Source of the DNA: Auanema rhodensis
Taxonomy: Eukaryota; Animalia; Nematoda
Reading direction: 5' to 3'
Assembly: GCA_964057225.1 (NCBI GenBank)
Contig: OZ059898.1
Coordinates: forward strand, 12,524,001 to 12,588,000
Length of the DNA stretch: 64,000 nt
Notes under the pieces: generated by a model
Told to the model about the DNA's origin: nothing
What the model saw: only the letters and a program-made list of their open reading frames with translations
Database searches by the model: none
Part shown: piece after piece, positions 56,427 to 64,000 of the stretch
Numbering within the stretch: position 1 is the stretch's first letter
Layout: every line of letters begins with the position of its first letter
Program-made: the position numbers and the translations under genes

Positions 56427-58761
56427 AAATGTTTTTTGTTAGTGAGAAAGTAACAAAACAGAAAAACTATTATTTTCTAAACTATACAGTAAACAATCAA
56501 TACTTGTCATAGTTTTATAATAATAATATGAGCAAGAAAAAAGAAACAAAAGCAAAGTTGTTAATTGAAAGAAACAAAAAAAAATGAAGAACTTGCTAAA
56601 GAATATTGGATAGGTTTGTTAAGAACTATTGCGGAAGTCCAATCAACTTTACTTGGCATACAACGAAACGATATTGGTTTGATGAGAGCTAATGATGATT
56701 GACCAATCGCTTACAAGACATTTTTCAACAAATGAAAATAAAACAATGACTAAAACACGAAAAAGAAGAAGAAGAAGAAGATAACAAGTTGAAAAGAGTT
56801 TGTGAACACTTAGAAGAACAATACTACTTTACATTGATACTAAGTTGAAGGCATGATTCTCTTGTTAGATGTAAAGTAAGCTTGTTTTCAAATGGTCGAC
56901 ACTGGTGGGTGTATACTGCATGTGTATGTAAGATTTTATATTTCAAAAAAAAAATTGGACGGTCGTCATCTTTGTTGCGTTGTATGCTACTTCAAACGAA
57001 TAATGAAATATTTTGGTTTGATTATTTATATAATTTATATGGTAGAATAAATTCTGGATTGCAAAAAAAAATTGAGAGGGAGAGAGGAGAGGAGAGAGAC
57101 ACGTAACTGTGGTAGGACAAAGGAAAAAAGAGTTATGAAGCACTGACTGGAACTATAATTTCCGTATGTCTGCTTCAATGTCAGAGCCATAGAACAGCTA
57201 ATTTATAAACAAAACTTATGAAAAACAGTTGAAATCGCCGCTGAGTATGTATGTGGATGAATGAGTGGGAACGTATGTATGTATGTATGTATGTGTGTGT
57301 GTGTGTGTTTTCTCTTTGCAAAGCTGAAAAACCATGAAGAAGATGTGATGAATTTATTGCTGAAACTTAAACATCTTGCGTACTTTTTGACAGATGGAAG
57401 CTGAGCACTTCTCATTCCTCTTCATCGCAATTGATGGCCGTTTCAATGTTTTTTTTTAATTCACGAATTCAACATTCTCTTAAACGTTTTTTTTGTCGTT
57501 TTTTCGCTGCCAAGTTGTAGTGAATTCGGTATAGAAGCTCGAGAAGCAAAGACAGAAACTAGGCGGAATATCTGCACAATGCGCTGAAGTCGACACATCG
57601 TTGCCGCTGTCGTTGAAAAAAAAAATAGAATTTGCTTATTCTAATATGGAAAAAATCAAAGAAAATGAATAAGGAAAGTATAATATTACGAAAGTCGAGC
57701 TTCAGAAAACACATCTAAGCTGATTTTAGTCAACACTGCAATTTGACCTTATTTCGGCTATGAAGCGAAATATCAAAAGATGAAGAAAAATAGTTTTTCT
57801 GTGTCTACAACAACAGGAAAATGATCGTTTATTTTGCGAAATGAAAGCAAAAATTGTGAATGATGAGTAAAATAATAAAAAATAATTATAATTAAGCTTG
57901 ACAACAACCAAAAAAAAAAAGAAGAAAAGTTTTTTTTGTCGTTGATATTTGTGAAAGTTCGCATGATTAGCTGGAAAATATGATGTTGCAGATGCAGAAT
58001 GTTGAATTAATTCATAATTTCAGTTAATTATATCAATAAAAGTTAAAAATATTATTTAAAACCTGTAACATACTGTAAAATATTGTTTGTATATTAAAAC
58101 TTATGAAGCATATTATGATTTGTTATGTAATAATTTGCACTTATGATAGATTAATATATCATTTTCAAGCTTCAATTATTATTTGAATCATTAAAAACTT
58201 TATTATAATTTTCAAAAAAAAAACATATATTTATTCAAATTAAATTATAAACAAGATACAGATTTAATCAATTTTCTAATTGAGATGTATTGTACTAAAT
58301 TTCATTTTCTTATTACATGTATGATTCCAAAAATATTTTTAATATTCTAAACATTACGTCAAACAGGACAAAAACTTTTTAATTGAATCAAAGTTTTCTA
58401 TTCGCTTCGCTAAATACAGTATTATATTTCTCTATATTATTATTATTATTCATCATTTATACTATTTTCTTTTCTCTTCTTCTTTCTGAATTCACTTTTT
58501 TTTTTCTTTTTTTTTATGAAAATAATGAAAATATTCGTCAAGTAAGTAAAAAATTGGAAAAGCTTTTTTCATCATCTAGTTTTATTAGTTTTTCAGTCGA
58601 AATAGAAAAACATTTAATTTTTAATATTAAGTTTTTAGTTAATTATAGCTATGCTTTTGAATATTTACATTAAAAAAAGGTTTTCATATAAAAAAATAAA
58701 TAAAAATTGATAATGATTAATAGAAAATATTATATAGTATTAATAAAAATTCATTGTAATA

Positions 58762-59523
58762 GTAGGTGGTTGCATTGATTCGCTGCCCCTTATTAAAAAT
58801 TCAAAATAGTTTTAATTATTCTAAAAATATAAAACATCAAAATCTCAAAATTTTAAACTTAAATAAACAGATTTTTCTTTGAATGTTTTTTTTGTTTCTC
58901 GTTTTCTTCTTCATCATTTTAATGAAGTAATCTCTTCCAAAGGCACCTTTAGAAGATTGTATGTTGTGTGCGGAAATTCTTCTCCATTAAACAGAAATAG
59001 TTAGAAATCGTTTATCCGCTTCAAAACCGGCGAGATCAATCTCGAAGATCGTCCAAGTCCAAAACTGTTGTAAAATTCAGCCGAAACGGCACTTCCGTCC
59101 GTTTTCTGGGACAAAAATGGAGTTTCCTTCTATGAGATCTTACGTTACAGTAGAAGCACAGATAGAGAACATTATTATAAGCAACTCAGAAGGCTCAGTT
59201 TTGTCATTGAAGTCCACAAGGAGCTCAGAGTCAGAAGTATAGCATTGCTACATGGCTCGCCCTCACAGCTATGAGAAGACACAGCAGACGCTTCTGGAGC
59301 AAGGAAGGATTGTCCTTTAAGCCTTCCCCTACACTTCAGATCTTGCTCAGATTCTCATCTGTTTAGGTTGATGAAACACAATTTGATAGAGGAACTTGAA
59401 AAATTGATAAAAAAAAGCATTTTGCTTCCAAAAATGAACATAAACATGAACAATTAAATTTTTAAAATCTTGAAATAGAGATAAAAGAAATTGATTGAAA
59501 AGCGAATCAACGCAACCACCTAA
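58762..59523 (+). mobile_element. Internally deleted, decayed mariner (Tc1/mariner) DNA transposon
   Basis: 23-bp TIRs (GTAGGTGGTTGCATTGATTCGCT versus reverse-complemented TTAGGTGGTTGCGTTGATTCGCT, 21/23 identical) flanked by TA on both sides. Transposase relics: RFKTGEINLEDRP (HTH), SVFWDKNGVSFYEIL, YYKQLRRL, IALLH..ARPH and FPYTSDLA..SDSHLFR (YSPDLAP motif), with stops and frameshifts. Confidence 0.9.
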
Positions 59524-59959
59524 TATTATACATACATTTGGATTGAAAAAATAAAAATTCTATCCAGTAGATCAGAAATTTTAACAATTTTTTTTGAACA
59601 GTCTGTGTAGATACATTATAGACTTCAAATGTGTTTATGATCAAAATACAATTTAATGATTAATCTTCGATAATATTGTTTAGAGAAACAATTCTTCATA
59701 TATGCAAGATTTTCAGAAAATTTTTGTTTCAATTAATGAAAGTCTTTATAAATCTATTGCATTTTCTATGCTTTGAGATGGACATAAAAGGAAAAAAGCT
59801 TTATTATATGCTGCTCGTAAATAGGTTTTAAGCTTGGAATTAGACCGGAAGTCACAAATGTTTCCTCGTGTAGGTCTGTCTTCTTCTCAACGATCTTGAA
59901 GACTGAAGGTTTCCTACTACTTTAACAGAATACTTTCAGAACAAACTCAATACACAATG

Positions 59960-60160
59960 TTGCACATCAACCTCGTTGTCATCCATTTCATTACGGGCCA
60001 CCTATTTTCCATACTTAGTGCTTCTTGGCTGAACGTGGCAGCACGACAGCTTCCGGTACCGGTCATGTCATGGATTTCGGTTGGCTTAAAAGCCCTCCCA
60101 TTAGCATGTTATACATGGCCATCCACAATCTCTGTACTTTTCAGATGTAATTGGTCTGAC
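59960..60160 (-). mobile_element. Possible RTE-like LINE 3' relic
   Basis: GC-richer patch. Minus strand reads QRLW../.GHV across a frameshift, like the R-L-x-W-x-G-H-V motif near the C-terminus of RTE ORFs. Confidence 0.2.
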
Positions 60161-60914
60161 TAATAAATAATGTTTGTGAAAATTCATTATTTACCAATAT
60201 TTCTGAATAAAATTTCAAAAACTGGAATCTCCATTTATACATATGCATGCTCTTATATGTTTAGATCAGATTTGATGTCTTCTACAGCAGTTTAAGCTTA
60301 CATATAACAAATTTTATTCAGCTTAAACATAATTATCTTTATTATTCTATCATAATACTTAACTTATTCTTAATTTTTTTAAAGCATATGTGCTGAACGA
60401 CAAATTTTATTCCCTCTGTCTCGATGCAAAATAGCAAGACTTTAGTCCGTCTTCTCCTTTAACTGGTGGCTGTGATCGCGAGAAAACGCTCCAGGCTTAA
60501 GATTAAATGTGAGAAAGTCCTTTTGTCTCATATATTGTTGATTAGATTCAAAAATCAATCAAACATCTTCAATTAATATTTTCTAACCAAACTAGTCATA
60601 TTTGCAGATTTCAAGCCACATTACCGACTACCGCAGCTTAATTTATATTTTTTAAAGCTCAGATATTTTCCAAAAAAAAACTCTGCTACAAACTTCTCTA
60701 TGATAGCATGAACTTAGTAGGTTAAGTTGCTAAATATATATACATCTATCTATTTGTATTTAAAATCTTTTTTTAAACTTGTAATGTTATTTTTTTTCTT
60801 GAACCTAGCAGTCGTTACGTTGCTATACTCTTTTTCTACTCCGGAAAGTTTGAAATTAATCTGGAAAATTAGATTTCATGAAGGATTTGCTTCATTTCTT
60901 CAGATTTCCGGAGG

Positions 60915-62203
60915 ATGAATTCTAACTCTGAGGGAAGAATTACGGCAGAACAGCCTGCTTCATCTTCTATAACATTTTCGGATTTTAATGCTGTAGATCG
61001 AGCAGTAGTATTTCTTACCTGGATATTCATGATTTTAACATTTCCAATTTCTATGTTATTTTGTGTCAAAATAGTTAATGAATATAGAAGAATGGTTAGT
61101 TTCAATACAAACGATTTGAAAAGTTTCAAATTAACTTTGATAAATCCGAAAAAAAAGTTTCGAATAACAAAAAAAATGTTTTAAAGGTTGTTTTTCGTTT
61201 GGGCAAAATTCGAAGTCGACAGCCATTAGGTCCTGGTGTGGTTATATTATTGCCGTTCATTGATGATCATGAAACAGTAGATTTGAGGTGAGAATTTCAT
61301 TTGTAGCCAATGAGATGAAGAAATATGTTTGAGTAAAGACAACATTTTTCTAATTTGTAGTCATTTAGAACAATGTCATATGATGTTCCAACACAAGAAA
61401 TGCTTACAAGGGACAGTGTAACGGTGTCTGTTGATGCTGCCGTTTACTACCGTACAAGGTACATGCATCTATTGATCCACAGTTTTTTGAATTCATTATT
61501 TTACCGCCAAACTTTATGTTATTATTCTTATTTTTTAATGTGTTTTAGTGACCCGATTGCTGCATTATCTGCTGTAAGTGATGCAAACTTATCAACTAGA
61601 CAATTGGCTCAAACAACCTTACGTAATGTGCTAGGCACTAGAACTCTGGGACAGATTATGAGCGATCGAGAAGGCATAGCAGCTCAAGCTAAAACTATTT
61701 TAGATCATGGTGCTAAAGCAATATCCATATATATTTATGAAATTCAAATTATAGCCACAGTAACCTGGGGCATTCATGTTGAGCGTGTTGAAATCAAAGA
61801 TATTCGACTGCCTCGCGAATTGTGCCGAGCAATGGCTGCAGAAGCTGAAGCAGTTCGAGAGAGTGATGCTCGAGTTGTATGTGCTAAGGGTGAACTGAAT
61901 GTAAGTTGAAAAGCTTCGCAGCCCAACCAAGACTTAATCCGATAGAGATGGGAAAAACCATATTTCAGGCTTCATTTGCTCTTAGAGAAGCAGCTGAACA
62001 GCTCAAAGGATGTCCAACAGCGTTGCAGCTCAGGTATCAACTTCAGCTCTAACATGTACATAAAACTTTTTTTCAGATATTTACAATCATTAACCAAAAT
62101 TTCGGCTCATGATAATCATACGGTTGTAGTTCCTATTCCATTAGAAGCTTTAAGAATTATTCTACAGCGTTTTCAAGAAAAAAATAATTTTATTGACTTC
62201 TAG
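60915..62203 (+). CDS. sto-3: Stomatin / SPFH (band 7) protein, sto-3-like
   Basis: TTCAG at 60899-60903, then seven exons. Hairpin ILTFPISMLFCVKIVNEYRRMVVFRLG, MLTRDSVTVSVDAAVYYRTSDP, WGIHVERVEIKDIRLPRELCRAMAAEAEA and QLRYLQSLTKISAHDNHTVVVP. The KISAHDNHT tail matches my recollection of C. elegans STO-3. Confidence 0.88.
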
Positions 62204-62484
62204 AATATTCACCTTTTTGTTTTTTTTTCTTTGAAAAATTGGCCAACAAAATAAAATTTATTAAATATATATTTATGTGCATATATAGTATATACATGAT
62301 TCATGTGTATATGAGATTATAATATTATATACTTAAATACTAATTATATCACATGAATTAAATAATTAAAAATAATTAAATAAATAAATAGATAAAAGAA
62401 TTAGTTATAGATAGATATTTACTTTTGTATACGCATATTTCCTGATGAATTTGTTAGACTAAAAGAATTTTGTTTTTGAATATG

Positions 62485-62572
62485 CAACCGTTCAGATATT
62501 CTTCAAAATACGAAATAAGATGTCAATAGGATTGGCGCGAAGTTCACGTCACTTTCACGTAAAATTGACGTG
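62485..62572 (-). other. Bipartite element, copy 8 (just after the odr-7 stop codon)
   Basis: Reverse strand: CACGTC, TACGTGA, GACGTGAACTTC, spacer, TTTGAAgaatatcTGAACGGTTG. Confidence 0.72.
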
Positions 62573-62591
62573 CTGTTACATTTAATATAAA

Positions 62592-63860
62592 TCAATTGTA
62601 AAATGATGTATGAGTAGGAAATGGATGATTTTCGAAATTAGGTGCAGGCTTTGGTTTTTCAAAGTTCAAAGTATTTTGAGGAGGTGATGACTCATTTCGT
62701 GCTCGTTTATGTTGAACATCTGCAAAAAATAAAATTGGAAAATACATAAAAGATTTCAAAAAATAAATATATATGTATGTAATATAGTTAATAATATATT
62801 CTAAATATATTTTAAAAGAAACTGAAAGTAAATCTTACTTTCTGGTAGCATTCCAATATCCAGACATCGTTTTAATCGACAAGCTCGGCATATCTTACGA
62901 TAGCCTGTACCTAAGAATAAATAAAGCATAAATCTTTATAATTATATAATAAAAAATAATAAAATATCTTTTTCTTGCGTTCAATTTTTTTTTCTGAAAA
63001 TTCAACAGAATCATGTAGTTATAGAGGGAAGTTTAAAGAAAATATAGGTTGATATATCCTATATAAGGTTGTGACTAATCAACAAGTCAAAATAAATAAG
63101 TTGAGTGCAAAACGATTGAATACGAACCGTCTTTGCTGGCATTGTTGCAGCGCTGGTTCCGTTTGCAAGAATATTGTTTATCGTCGCTTACAGTTCGTCG
63201 GAAAAATGCGGCACATGCTGCACATGTTCTTGCTCCAAAATGAAGCCCATTCGCTTGAGTTGCTTGACAAACCTAGAATTAAGAGAAGAATACATGCATA
63301 AGTATGTATCTTATAGTTGACATTAACTATTATAACTTCTTAATTTAACTAATATACTATAGTAAGTTTTTTGAAAATTATTAAAACCTGGCAATGTAAT
63401 GGAATTCGAAGCCCGGAACTACCAACGCCATTTTTGTTTGGCACAGTGTTCGTCTTCATGTTAGTTTCAACCTGAAAATTACATATTCGAATGTTCTATA
63501 AACTCTATTTGTATCTGAGAGTCTTTATATTTATACAATATACAAATAATATATAATAATAATACAAAATATTATTTGGAGTACTGTACCTTGATAGGAT
63601 TGTTAACTGAGGGGGCGGAGTCAAGGGTTGCCATTGGATAATGAAATACTGGATTAATGTGATTAATCAATAAGTTATCCGCATGAACACTTGAAAATAA
63701 TAAATTTATTTAAGATAAGTTATAAAAAAGGAGAAAAACCTTTGATTATTATACATTGCAGCATCATGTTCCATATCTTTATAAACTAAATTCTGATTAA
63801 CTAAGTTTTCATCCAAAGGTAGTGGCTCGAAATGATAATCAATATCAGATATTCCAAAGT
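62592..63860 (-). CDS. odr-7: ODR-7-like nuclear hormone receptor (C-terminal zinc-finger DBD, no LBD); 5' end probably outside the window
   Basis: Spliced exons read CQVCQATQANGLHFGARTCAACAAFFRRTVSDDKQYSCKRNQRCNNASKDGTGYRKICRACRLKRCLDIGMLPENVQHKR, then a short tail and TGA. The CAACAA P-box and terminal DBD are characteristic of ODR-7. Confidence 0.9.
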
Positions 63861-63952
63861 CTAAATAAGAAATTAATAAGATTTTCTACTTGTCTTTCTG
63901 AAAATATTATAAGATTTCAAATAATTACATGAAGAGAATGGAATATTTGATA

Positions 63953-64000
63953 GTATGTTTGGCTGAGGTGGTAAAGCACTTGTCTCCGGAAGCGCAAACG
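63953..64000 (+). tRNA. 5' half of a tRNA-like sequence (tRNA, pseudogene or SINE head), truncated by the window end
   Basis: A-box-like TGGCTGAGGTGG, 3-bp D stem GCT/AGC around GAGGTGGTAA, and a candidate loop CT-CCG-GA. The anticodon stem pairs poorly and the T arm is not visible. Confidence 0.4.

Overview
AT-rich, intron-dense nematode genomic DNA, probably a clade V rhabditid. Introns are mostly about 40-90 nt, TTTCAG-type trans-splice acceptors sit just upstream of start codons, and (GA)n tracts are common. Exon chains assembled by hand give nine genes: an unrecognised protein with a long acidic Ser/Thr/Asn-rich exon, a Btz/SELOR-motif RNA-binding protein, an SSAT-like GNAT acetyltransferase, TMTC4, a type II membrane protein with a SEA-like domain, a FATP/SLC27 acyl-CoA synthetase, a peptide-receptor-like class A GPCR, sto-3 and odr-7. 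There is also an internally deleted mariner element with intact TIRs and TA target duplication, several doubtful retroelement relics, a ~21 kb gene-poor interval and a tRNA-like head at the right edge. The main unexplained signal is a dispersed, oriented, bipartite element: a cluster of 2-4 ACGT boxes, an A/T-rich spacer of variable sequence, then TTGAA-N(5-8)-TGA(A/T/G)CGGTTG. It occurs about 10 times in introns, a 3' UTR and intergenic DNA, on both strands, and one copy has expanded into a 22-bp minisatellite. Its function is unknown. All identifications come from reading the sequence and recalling protein families; no searches were run.
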